A program made the position numbers and the translations under genes. This document shows positions 39,411 to 52,600 of a DNA stretch of 64,000 nucleotides, piece by piece. Source of the DNA: Phyllobates terribilis (taxonomy: Eukaryota); NCBI RefSeq assembly GCF_046119375.1, contig NW_027364056.1, positions 62,001 through 126,000 of the forward strand, in the 5' to 3' direction. How positions within the stretch are numbered: position 1 is the stretch's first letter; every line of letters begins with the position of its first letter. The notes below the pieces were generated by a model that was not told where the DNA came from, ran no database searches, and worked only from the letters and a program-made list of their open reading frames with translations.

Positions 39411-39620
39411 ATGTAGTCCAGTGCCCTGTATGTGTCCGGAGCCTGGGGCTCACATGGGTGGAGCACGGACACTGGAGCCTTGGAGGGAAGAGGAGGGGTA
39501 CGCAGTAAATGGTATAAGTGTAAAGGCAGGCGCAAGCAGTTGGCGCTCACATGACAGTAGCAATGCAGATTGCTTAGTTCTTTGGCAGTAGAGAATCAGA
39601 AGACTTCCTCCTTGTCAATC

Positions 39621-40210
39621 TTATGACTCTGGGAAGAGCAGAAAGCCGGAGAATATAGTGTCTGCCCCTTCGGTGCCCAGCAGGTGGTTCTTCTCAGTGG
39701 GCTCCAGCCACACAGACTCATCCTTGCTGACCTTCAGAACAACGCTACCAGTGGTGGTCTGGAAGACGTTGAGGACCTGGTCACAGAAGAGGACCACCGT
39801 TTCCTTGTCACTGACGTTAGCGTTGGGGTTGAATCGGCCTTTGACGATGTGGATGCAGAGGTGTCCCCTGGACGAGGCGTGGTATGTGAAGTAGTAGAGG
39901 CCAGGGTACTTACAGGTGAACTTTCCAGTGCGGACATCATACTGATTACTTATGTTGATGATCTCTGTATCAAAGCGAATGGGCTGATCCTTTCGTGGAT
40001 TCCCCATCGTGGTCTTCTTCACTGAGAAAGCAGACTGCACCTCCGTCTTGTAGACTCCAGATTCTCCTTTTAGGCCTTTTAGACCTCTGGGTCCTGAATG
40101 ACCTGGAGGACCCGTTGGCCCTTTTGGCCCCACTTTTCCGGGGTTTCCGGGCTGACCCATATCTCCTCTGTATTCTTCTTCTTTCCAGTCAATGAAAGTT
40201 CCAGGAGGTC
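39621..40210 (-). CDS. C1QB: Complement C1q B chain, final coding exon (collagen tail and gC1q globular domain)
   Basis: Acceptor CTGCATCAG|GA with branch-like TCTAAT; phase 1; stop TAA at 39623-39621. The peptide contains [50 protein letters not shown] and [23 protein letters not shown]. These match B-chain-diagnostic motifs (human [37 protein letters not shown]) rather than A or C. Confidence 0.95.
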
Positions 40211-40280
40211 CTGATGCAGAGGAGACATTAGATCAGGAGGGGACGTCACCCCAGAATCCCGCCCTGCACCACTGACTTAC

Positions 40281-40443
40281 CCTGGTCTCCCTTCTCCCCA
40301 TTGCCTCCGTCCTGCCCATCAGCACCAGGCGTTCCAGGGATTCCCGGTAGCCCTGGCATTCGAGCTTGGCAGCTCTGCGACTGACATAAGGGAAGGGAGA
40401 GGATGATGATGCAGAAGAAGAAGGGCGCAGCTCCGGGGAACAT
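40281..40443 (-). CDS. C1QB: Complement C1q B chain, first coding exon (signal peptide, N-terminal Cys, start of collagen)
   Basis: Acceptor TTCTTCCAG|GTGGCAGCATG (exon starts 40451) and donor CAGG|GTAAGT. Encodes MFPGAAPFFFCIIILSLPLCQSQSCQARMPGLPGIPGTPGADGQDGGNGEKGDQ(G). 163 nt + 590 nt = 753 nt, or 250 aa plus stop, in frame. Confidence 0.93.
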
Positions 40444-40535
40444 GCTGCCACCTGGAAGAATAAACGGCACGGATTAGCATGGTACCAGTGTGACGGCAAC
40501 GTGTGCACAATTATCTGTCTATGGGGACTGTGCAG

Positions 40536-40590
<55 letters not shown>
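40536..40590. repeat. (TA)n microsatellite with short (GT)n tail
   Basis: Read directly. Confidence 0.97.
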
Positions 40591-40591
<1 letters not shown>

Positions 40592-40608
40592 AGTGTAAAC
40601 TCTATATA

Positions 40609-43600
40609 CAGGGGGATCTCAATAAATTAGAGTATCATCAAAAAGTGAATTTATTTCAATTCTTCAATACAAAAGTGAAGCTGCTATATTATATAGAGTC
40701 ATTACACACAGAGGGATCTATTATATAGAGTCATTACACACAGAGGGATCTATTATATAGAGTCATTACACACAGAGGGATCTATTATATAGAGTCATTA
40801 CACACAGAGGGATCTATTATATAGAGTCATTACACGCAGAGGGATCTATTATATAGAGTCATTACACACAGAGTGATCTATTATATAGAGTCATTACACA
40901 CAGAGGGATCTATTATATAGAGTCATTACACACAGAGTGATCTATTATATAGTCATTACAGACAGAGGGATCTATTATAGAGAGTCATTACACACAGAGT
41001 GATCTATTATATAGAGTCATTACACACAGAGGGATCTATTATATAGAGTCATTACACACAGAGTGATCTATTATATAGAGTCATTACACACAGAGTGATC
41101 TATTATATAGAGTCATTACACACAGAGGGATCTATTATATAGAGTCATTACACACAGAGTGATCTATTATATAGAGTCATTACACACAGAGTGATCTATT
41201 ATATAGAGTCATTACACACAGGGATCTATTATATAGAGTCATTACACACAGAGTGATCTATTATATAGAGTCATTACACGCAGAGGGATCTATTATATAC
41301 AGTCATTACACACAGAGGGATCTATTATATAGAGTCATTACACACAGAGTGATCTATTATATAGAGTCATTACACGCAGAGGGATCTATTATATACAGTC
41401 ATTACACACAGAGGGATCTATTATATAGAGTCATTACACAGAGTGATCTATTATATAGAGTCATTACACACAGGGATCTATTATATAGAGTCATTACACA
41501 CAGAGTGATCTATTATATAGAGTCATTACACGCAGAGGGATCTATTATATAGAGTCATTACACACAGAGTGATCTATTATATAGAGTCATTACAGACAGA
41601 AGGATCTATTATATAGAGTCATTACACACAGAGTGATCTATTATATAGAGTCATTACACGCAGAGGGATCTATTATATAGAGTCATTACACACAGAGTGA
41701 TCTATTATATAGAGTCATTACACACAGAGGGATCTATTATATAGAGTCATTACACGCAGAGGGATCTATTATATAGAGTCATTACACACAGTGATCTATT
41801 ATATAGAGTCATTATACACAGAGGGATCTATTATATAGAGTCATTACACACAGAGCGATCTATTATATTGCATCATTACACGCAGAGGGATCTATTATAT
41901 AGAGTCATTACACACAGAGGGATCTATTATATAGAGTCATTACACACAGAGTGATCTATTATATAGAGTCATTACACACAGAGTGATCTATTATATAGAG
42001 TCATTACACACAGAGTGATCTATTATATAGAGTAATTACACACAGGGATCTATTATATAGAGTCATTACACACAGAGTGATCTAATATATAGAGTCATTA
42101 CACGCAGAGGGATCTATTATATACAGTCATTACACACAGAGGGATCTATTATATAGAGTCATTACACACAGAGTGATCTATTATATAGAGTCATTACACA
42201 CAGGGATCTATTATATAGAGTCATTACACACAGAGTGATCTATTATATAGAGTCATTACACGCAGAGGGATCTATTATATAGAGTCATTACACACAGAGT
42301 GATCTATTATATAGAGTCATTACACACAGAGTGATCTATAATATAGAGTCATTACACACAGAGGGATCTATTCTATAGAGTAATTATACGCAGAGGGATC
42401 TATTATATAGAGTCATTACACACAGAGGGATCTATTATATAGAGTCATTACACACAGAGTGATCTATTATATAGAGTCATTACACACAGAGTGATCTATT
42501 ATATAGAGTCATTACACACAGGGATCTATTAAATAGAGTTATTACACACAGAGTGATCTATTATATAGAGTCATTACACACAGGGATCTATTATATAGAG
42601 TCATTGCACACAGAGTGATATATTATATAGAGTCATTACACGCAGAGGGATCTATTATATAGAGTCATTACACACAGAGTGATCTATTATATAGAGTCAT
42701 TACAGACAGAAGGATCTATTATATAGAGTCATTACACACAGAGTGATCTATTATATAGAGTCATTACACGCAGAGAGATCTATTATATAGAGTCATTACA
42801 CACAGAGTGATCTATTATATAGAGTCACTACACGCAGAGGGATCTATTATATAAAGTCATTACACACAGAGTGATCTATTATATAGAGTCATTACACACA
42901 GAGGGATCTATTATATAGAGTCATTACACGCAGAGGGATCTATTATATAGAGTCATTACACACAGAGTGATCTATTATATAGAGTCATTACACACAGAGG
43001 GATCTACTATATAGAGTCATTACACACAGAGGGATCTATTATATAGAGTCATTACACACAGAGCGATCTATTATATAGAGTCATTACACACAGAGTGATC
43101 TATTATATAGAGTCATTACACACAGTGATCTATTATATAGAGTCATTACAGACAGAGGGAGCTATTATATAGAGTCATTAAACGCAGAGGGATCTATTAT
43201 ATAGTCATTACACGCAGAAGGATCTATTATATAGAGTCATTACACACAGAGGGATCTATTATATAGAGTCATTACACACAGAGTGATCTACTATATAGAG
43301 TCATTACACACAGAGGGATCTATTATATAGACTCATTACAGAGAGGGATCTATTATATAGAGTCATTACACACAGAGGGATCTATTATATAGAGTCATTA
43401 CACACAGAAGGATCTATTATATAGAGTCATTACACGCAGAGGAATCTATTATATAGAGTCATTACACACAGAGGGATCTACTATATAGAGCCATTACACA
43501 CAGAGGAATCTATTATATAGAGTCATTACACACAGAGGGATCTATTATATAGAGTAATTACACACAGAGCGATCTATTATATAGAGTCATTACACACAGA

Positions 43601-46600
43601 GGGATCTATTATATAGAGTCATTACACACAGAGGGATCTATTATTATATAGAGTCATTACACACAGAGTGATCTATTATATAGAGTAATTACACACAGAG
43701 GGATCTATTATATAGAGTCATTACACACAGAGGGATCTATTATATTGAGTCATTACACACAGAGGGATCTATTATATAGAGACATTACACACAGAGGGAT
43801 CTATTATATAGAGTCATTACACGCAGAGGGATCTATTATATAGAGTCATTACACCCAGAGGGATCTATTATATAGAGTCATTACACAGAGAGGGATCTAT
43901 TATATAGAGTCATTACACGCAGAGGGATCTATTCTATAGAGTAATTACACACAGAGGGATCTATTATATAGAGTCATTACGCACAGAGGGATCTATTATA
44001 TAGAGTCATTACACACAGAGTGATCTATTATATAGAGTCATTACACACAGAGGGATCTACTATATAGAGTCATTACACGCAGAGGGATCTATTACATAGA
44101 GTCATTAGACACAGAGTGATCTATTATATAGAGTCATTACACACAGAGGGATCTATTATATAGAGTCATTACACACAGAGGGATCTATTATATAGAGTCA
44201 TTACACACAGAGCGATCTATTATATACAGTCATTACACACAGAGGGATCTATTATATAGAGTCATTACACACAGTGATCTATTATATAGAGTCATTACAC
44301 ACAGAGGGATCTATTATATAGAGTCATTACACACAGAGGGATCTATTATATAGAGTCATTACAGACAGAGGGAGCTATTATATAGAGTCATTACACACAG
44401 AGGGATCTATTATATAGAGTCATTACACACAGAGGGATCTATTATATAGACTCATTACACAGAGGGATCTATTATATAGAGTCATTACACACAGAGGGAT
44501 CTATTATATAGAGTCATTACACACAGAAGGATCTATTATATAGAGTCATTACACGCAGAGGAATCTATTATATAGAGTCATTACACACAGAGGGATCTAC
44601 TATATAGAGCCATTACACACAGAGGAATCTATTATATAGAGTCATTACACACAGAGGGATCTATTATATAGAGTCATTACACACAGAGCGATCTATTATA
44701 TAGAGTCATTACACACAGAGGGATCTATTATATAGAGTCATTACACACAGAGGGATCTATTATTATATAGAGTCATTACACACAGAGTGATCTATTATAT
44801 AGAGTAATTACACACAGAGGGATCTATTATATAGAGTCATTACACACAGAGGGATCTATAATATAGAGTCATTACACACAGAGGGATCTATTATATAGAG
44901 ACATTACACACAGAGGGATCTATTATATAGAGTCATTACACGCAGAGGGATCTATTATATAGAGTCATTACACCCAGAGGGATCTATTATATAGAGTCAT
45001 TACACAGAGAGGGATCTATTATATAGAGTCATTACACGCAGAGGGATCTATTCTATAGAGTAATTATACGCAGAGGGATCTATTATATAGAGTCATTACA
45101 CACAGAGGGATCTATTATATAGAGTCATTACACACAGAGGGATCTATTATATAGAGACATTACACACAGAGCGATCTATTATATAGAGTCATTACACACA
45201 GAGGGATCTATTATATAGAGTCATTACACACAGAGGGATCTATTATATAGAGTCATTACACACAGAGGGATCTATTATATAGAGTCATTACACACAGAGG
45301 GATCTATTATATATAGTCATTACACACAGAGGGATCTATTATATAGAGTCATTACACACAGAGTGATCTATTATATAGAGTCATTACACACAGGGATCTA
45401 TTAAATAGAGTTATTACACACAGAGTGATCTATTATATAGAGTCATTACACGCAGAGGGATCTATTATATACAGTCATTACACACAGAGGGATCTATTAT
45501 ATAGAGTCATTACACACAGAGTGATCTATTATATAGAGTCATTACACACAGGGATCTATTATATAGAGTCATTGCACACAGAGTGATATATTATATAGAG
45601 TCATTACACGCAGAGGGATCTATTATATAGAGTCATTACAGACAGAAGGATCTATTATATAGAGTCATTACACACAGAGGGATCTATTATATAGAGTCAT
45701 TACACACAGAGGGATCTATTACATATAGTCATTACACACAGAGGGATCTATTATATAGAGTCATTACACACAGAGTGATCTATTATATAGAGTCATTACA
45801 CACAGGGATCTATTAAATAGAGTTATTACACACAGAGTGATCTATTATATAGAGTCATTACACGCAGAGGGATCTATTATATACAGTCATTACACACAGA
45901 GGGATCTATTATATAGAGTCATTACACACAGAGTGATCTATTATATAGAGTCATTACACACAGGGATCTATTATATAGAGTCATTGCACACAGAGTGATA
46001 TATTATATAGAGTCATTACACGCAGAGGGATCTATTATATAGAGTCATTACAGACAGAAGGATCTATTATATAGAGTCATTACACACAGAGTGATCTATT
46101 ATATAGAGTCATTACACGCAGAGAGATCTATTATATAGAGTCATTACACACAGAGTGATCTATTATATAGAGTCATTACACACAGAGGGATCTATTATAT
46201 AGAGTCATTACACACAGAGCGATCTACAATATAGAGTCATTACACACAGAGCGATCTATTATATAGAGTCATTACACACAGAGGGATCTATTATATACAG
46301 TCATTACACGCAGAGGGATCTATTATATAGAGTCATTACACACAGAGGGATCTATTATATAGAGTCATTACACACAGAGGGATCTATTATATAGAGTCAT
46401 TACACACAGAGGGATCTATTATATAGAGTCATTACACGCAGAGGGATCTATTATATAGAGTCATTACAGACAGAAGGATCTATTATATAGAGTCATTACA
46501 CACAGAGTGATCTATTATATAGAGTCATTACACGCAGAGAGATCTATTATATAGAGTCATTACACACAGAGTGATCTATTATATAGAGTCATTACACGCA

Positions 46601-49600
46601 GAGGGATCTATTATATAGAGTCATTACACACAGAGTGATCTATTATATAGAGTCATTACACACAGAGTGATCTATTATATAGAGTCATTACATGCAGAGA
46701 GATCTATTATATAGAGTCATTACACACAGAGTGATCTATTATATAGAGTCATTACACGCAGAGGGATCTATTATATAGAGTCATTACACACAGAGTGATA
46801 TATTATATAGAGTCATTACACACAGAGGGATCTATTATATAGAGTCATTACACACAGAGTGATCTATTATATAGAGTCATTACACAGAGGGATCTATTAT
46901 ATAGAGTCATTACACACAGAGGGATCTATTATATAGAGTCATTACACACAGAGCGATCTATTATATAGAGTCATTACACACAGAGGGATCTATTATATAG
47001 AGTCATTACACACAGTGATCTATTATATAGAGTCATTACAGACAGAGGGAGCTATTATATAGAGTCATTACACACAGAGGGATCTATTATATACAGTCAT
47101 TACACACAGAGGGATCTATTATATAGACTTATTACACAGAGGGATCTATTATATAGAGTCATTACACACAGAGGGATCTATTATATAGAGTCATTACACA
47201 CAGAAGGATCTATTATATAGAGTCATTACACGCAGAGGAATCTATTATATAGAGTCATTACACACAGAGGGATCTACTATATAGAGCCATTACACACAGA
47301 GGAATCTATTATATAGAGTCATTACACACAGAGCAATCTATTATATAGAGTCATTACACACAGAGGGATCTATTATATAGAGTCATTACACACAGAGGGA
47401 TCTATTATTATATAGAGTCATTACACACAGAGTGATCTATTATATAGAGTAATTACACACAGAGGGATCTATTATATAGAGTCATTACACACAGAGGGAT
47501 CTATTATATAGAGTCATTACACACAGAGGGATCTATTATATAGAGACATTACACACAGAGGGATCTATTATATAGAGTCATTACACGCAGAGGGATCTAT
47601 TATATAGAGTCATTACACCCAGAGGGATCTATTATATAGAGTCATTACACAGAGAGGAATCTATTCTATAGAGGCATTACACGCAGAGGGATCTATTCTA
47701 TGGAGTAATTACACACAGAGGGATCTATTATATAGAGTCATTACGCACAGAGGGATCTATTATATAGAGTCATTACACACAGAGTGATCTACTATATAGA
47801 GTCATTACACACAGAGGGATCTATTATATAGAGTCATTACACGCAGAGGGATCTATTATATAGAGTCATTACACACAGAGTGATCTATTATATAGAGTCA
47901 TTACACACAGAGGGATCTATTATATAGAGTCATTACACACAGAGGGATCTATTATATAGAGTCATTACACACAGAGCGATCTATTATATAGAGTCATTAC
48001 ACACAGAGGGATCTATTATATAGAGTCATTACACACAGTGATCTATTACATAGAGTCATTACACACAGAGGGATCTATTATATAGAGTCATTACACACAG
48101 AGGGATCTATTATATAGAGTCATTACAGACAGAGGGAGCTATTATATAGAGTCATTACACACAGAGGGATCTATTATATAGAGTCATTACACACAGAGGG
48201 ATCTATTATATAGACTCATTACACAGAGGGATCTATTATATAGAGTCATTACACACAGAGGGATCTATTATATAGAGTCATTACACACAGAAGGATCTAT
48301 TATATAGAGTCATTACACGCAGAGGAATCTATTATATAGAGTCATTACACACAGAGGGATCTATTATATAGAGTCATTACACACAGAGGGATCTACTATA
48401 TAGAGCCATTACACACAGAGGAATCTATTATATAGAGTCATTACACACAGAGGGATCTATTATATAGAGTCATTACACACAGAGCGATCTATTATATAGA
48501 GTCATTACACACAGAGGGATCTATTATATAGAGTCATTACACACAGAGGGATCTATTATTATATAGAGTCATTACACACAGAGTGATCTATTATATAGAG
48601 TAATTACACACAGAGGGATCTATTATATAGAGTCATTACACACAGAGGGATCTATTATATAGAGTCATTACACACAGAGGGATCTATTATATAGAGACAT
48701 TACACACAGAGGGATCTATTATATAGAGTCATTACACGCAGAGGGATCTATTATATAGAGTCATTACACCCAGAGGGATCTATTATATAGAGTCATTACA
48801 CAGAGAGGGATCTATTCTATAGAGTCATTACACGCAGAGGGATCTATTCTATAGAGTCATTACACGCAGAGGGATCTATTATATAGAGTCATTACACACA
48901 GAGGGATCTATTATATAGAGTCATTACACACAGAGGGATCTATTATATAGAGTCATTACACACAGAGGGATCTATTATATAGAGTCATTACACACAGAGC
49001 GATCTATTATATAGAGTCATTACACACAGAGGGATCTATTATATAGAGTCATTACACACAGAGGGATCTATTATATAGAGTCATTAGACACAGAGGGATC
49101 TATTATATAGAGTCATTACACACAGAGGGATCTATTATATATAGTCATTACACACAGAGGGATCTATTATATAGAGTCATTACACACAGAGGGATCTATT
49201 ATATAGAGTCATTACACACAGAGGGATCTATTATATATAGTCATTACACACAGAGGGATCTATTATATAGAGTCATTACACGCAGAGGAATCTATTATAT
49301 AGAGTCATTACACACAGAGGGATCCATTATATAGAGTCATTACACGCAGAGGGATCTATTATATAGAGTCATTACACGCAGAGGGATCTATTATATAGAG
49401 TCATTACACGCAAGGGATCTATTATATAGAGTCATTACACGCAGAGGGATCTATTATATAGAGTCATTACACGCAGAGGGATCTATTATATAGAGTCATT
49501 ACACGCAGAGGGATCTATTCTATAGAGTCATTACACGCAGAGGGATCTATTCTATAGAGTCATTACACGCAGAGGGATCTATTCTATGGAGTCATTACAC

Positions 49601-52600
49601 GCAGAGGGATCTATTCTATAGAGTCATTACACACAGAGGGATCTATTATATAGAGTCATTACACGCAGAGGGATCTATTCTATAGAGTCATTACACGCAG
49701 AGGGATCTATTCTATAGAGTCATTACACACAGAGGGATCTATTATATAGAGTCATTCCACACAGAGGGGTCTATTATATAGAGTCATTCCACACAGAGGG
49801 ATCTATTATATAGAGTCATTCCACACAGAGGGATCTATTATATAGAGTCATTCCACACAGAGGGATCTATTATATAGAGTCATTCCACACAGAGGGATCT
49901 ATTATATAGAGTCATTCCACGCAGCGCGATCTATTATATAGAGTCATTACACACAGAGGGATCTATTATATAGAATCATTCCACGCAGCGCGATCTATTA
50001 TATAGAGTCATTACACACAGAGGGATCCATTATATAGAGCCATTACACACAGAGGGATCTATTATAAAGAGTCATTCCACGCAGCGCGATCTATTATATA
50101 GAGTCGTTACACGCAGAGGGATCTATTATATAGAGTCATTACACGCAGAGGGATCTATTCTATAGAGTCACTACACGCAGAGGGATCTATTCTATAGAGT
50201 CATTACACGCAGAGGGATCTATTATATAGAGTCATAACACGCAGAGGGATCTATTATATAGAGTCATTACACGCAGAGGGATCTATTATATAGAGTCATT
50301 ACACGCAGAGGGATCTATTATATAGAGTCATTACAGGCAGAGGGATCTATTATATAGAGTCATTACACGCAGAGGGATCTATTATATAGAGTCATTACAC
50401 GCAGAGGGATCTATTATATAGAGTCATTACACGCAGAGGGATCCATTATATAGAGTCATTACAAGCAGAGGGATCCATTATACAGAGTCATTACACGCAG
50501 AGGGATCTATTATATAGAGTCATTACACGCAGAGGGATCTATTATATAGAGTCATTACATGCAGAGGGATCTATTATATAGAGTCATTACACACAGAGGG
50601 ATCTATTATATAGAGTCATTACACACAGAGGGATCTATTATATAGAGTCATTACACACAGAGGGATCTAAAATATAGAGTCATTACACACACAGAGGGAT
50701 CTATTATATAGAGTCATTACACACAGAGGGATCTATTATATAGAGTCATTACACGCAGAGGGATCTATTATATAGAGTCATTCCACACAGAGGGATCTAT
50801 TATATAGAGTCATTCCACGCAGAGGGATCTATTATATAGAGTCATTCCACACAGAGGGATCTATTATATAGAGTCATTCCACACAGAGGGATCTATTATA
50901 TAGAGTCATTCCACGCAGAGGGATCTATTATATAGAGTCATTCCACACAGAGGGATCTATTATATAGAGTCATTCCACGCAGAGGGATCTATTATATAGA
51001 GTCATTCCACACAGAGGGATCTATTATATAGAGTCATTCCACACAGAGGGATCTATTATATAGAGTCATTCCACACAGAGGGATCTATTATATAGAGTCA
51101 TTCCACACAGAGGGATCTATTATATAGAGTCATTCCACACAGAGGAATCTATCATATAGAGTCATTCCACACAGAGGGATCTATTATATAGAGTCATTCC
51201 ACGCAGCGCGATCTATTATATAGAGTCATTACACACAGAGGGATCTATTATATAAAGCCATTACACACAGAGGGATCTATTATAAAGTGTCATTACACTC
51301 ACAGGGATCTATTATATAGAGCCATTACACGCAGAGGGATCTATTATGTAGAGTCATTACACACAGAGGGATCTATTATATAGAGTCATTACACACAGTG
51401 ATCTATTATATAGAGTCATTACAGACAGAAGGAGCTATTATATAGAGTCATTACACACAGAGGGATCTATTATATAGAGTCATTACACACAGAGGGATCT
51501 ATTATATAGACTCATTACACAGAGGGATCTATTATATAGAGTCATTACACACAGAGGGATCTATTATATAGAGTCATTACACACAGAGGGATCTATTATA
51601 TAGAGTCATTACTCGCAGAGGAATCTATTATATAGAGTCATTACACACAGAGGGATCTACTATATAGAGCCATTACACACAGAGGAATCTATTATATAGA
51701 GTAATTACACACAGAGGGATCTATTATAAAGAGTCATTACACACAGAGCGATCTATTATATAGAGTCATTACACACAGAGGGATCTATTATATAGAGTCA
51801 TTACACACAGAGGGATCTATTATATAGAGTCATTACACACAGAGGGATCTACTATATATAGTCATTACACACAGAGGGATCTATTATATAGAGTCTTACA
51901 CACAGAGGGATCTATTATATAGAGACATTACACGCAGAGGGATCTATTATATAGAGTCATTACACACAGAGGGATCTATTATATATAGTCATTACACACA
52001 GAGGGATCTATTATATAGAGTCATTACACGCAGAGGGATCTATTATATAGAGTCATTACAGGCAGAGGGATCTATTATATAGAGTCATTACAGGCAGAGG
52101 GATATATTATGTAGAGTCATTACACGCAGAGGGATCTATTATATAGAGTCATTACACGCAGAGGGATCTATTCTATAGAGTCATTACACGCAGAGGGATC
52201 TATTCTATAGAGTCATTACACGCAGAGGGATCTATTCTATAGAGTCATTACTCGCAGAGGGATCTATTCTATAGAGTCATTACACGCAGAGGGATCTATT
52301 CTATAGAGTCATTACACGCAGAGGGATCTATTCTATAGAGGCATTACACGCAAAGGGATCTATTATATAGAGTCATTCCACACAGAGGGATCTATTATAT
52401 AGAGTCATTCCACACAGAGGGGTCTATTATAAAGAGTCATTCCACACAGAGGGATCTATTATATAGAGTCATTACACACAGAGGGATCTATTATATAGAG
52501 TCATTCCACACAGAGGGATCTATTATATAGAGTCATTCCACGCAGAGGGATCTATTATATAGAGTCATTCCACACAGAGGGATCTATTATATAGAGTCAT

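Noticed and set aside
39621-40443. Assignment as C1QA, C1QC, adiponectin or a CTRP
   Set aside because: The diagnostic motifs (FTYHASSRG, GESGxYK, FQxTTG, TxKNxLLGxEGA) and the single N-terminal Cys match the B chain.
40444-40457. CTCF-like TTCCAGGTGGCAGC at the C1QB splice acceptor
   Set aside because: The 5' half mismatches the consensus, and the sequence is explained by the acceptor plus Kozak context.
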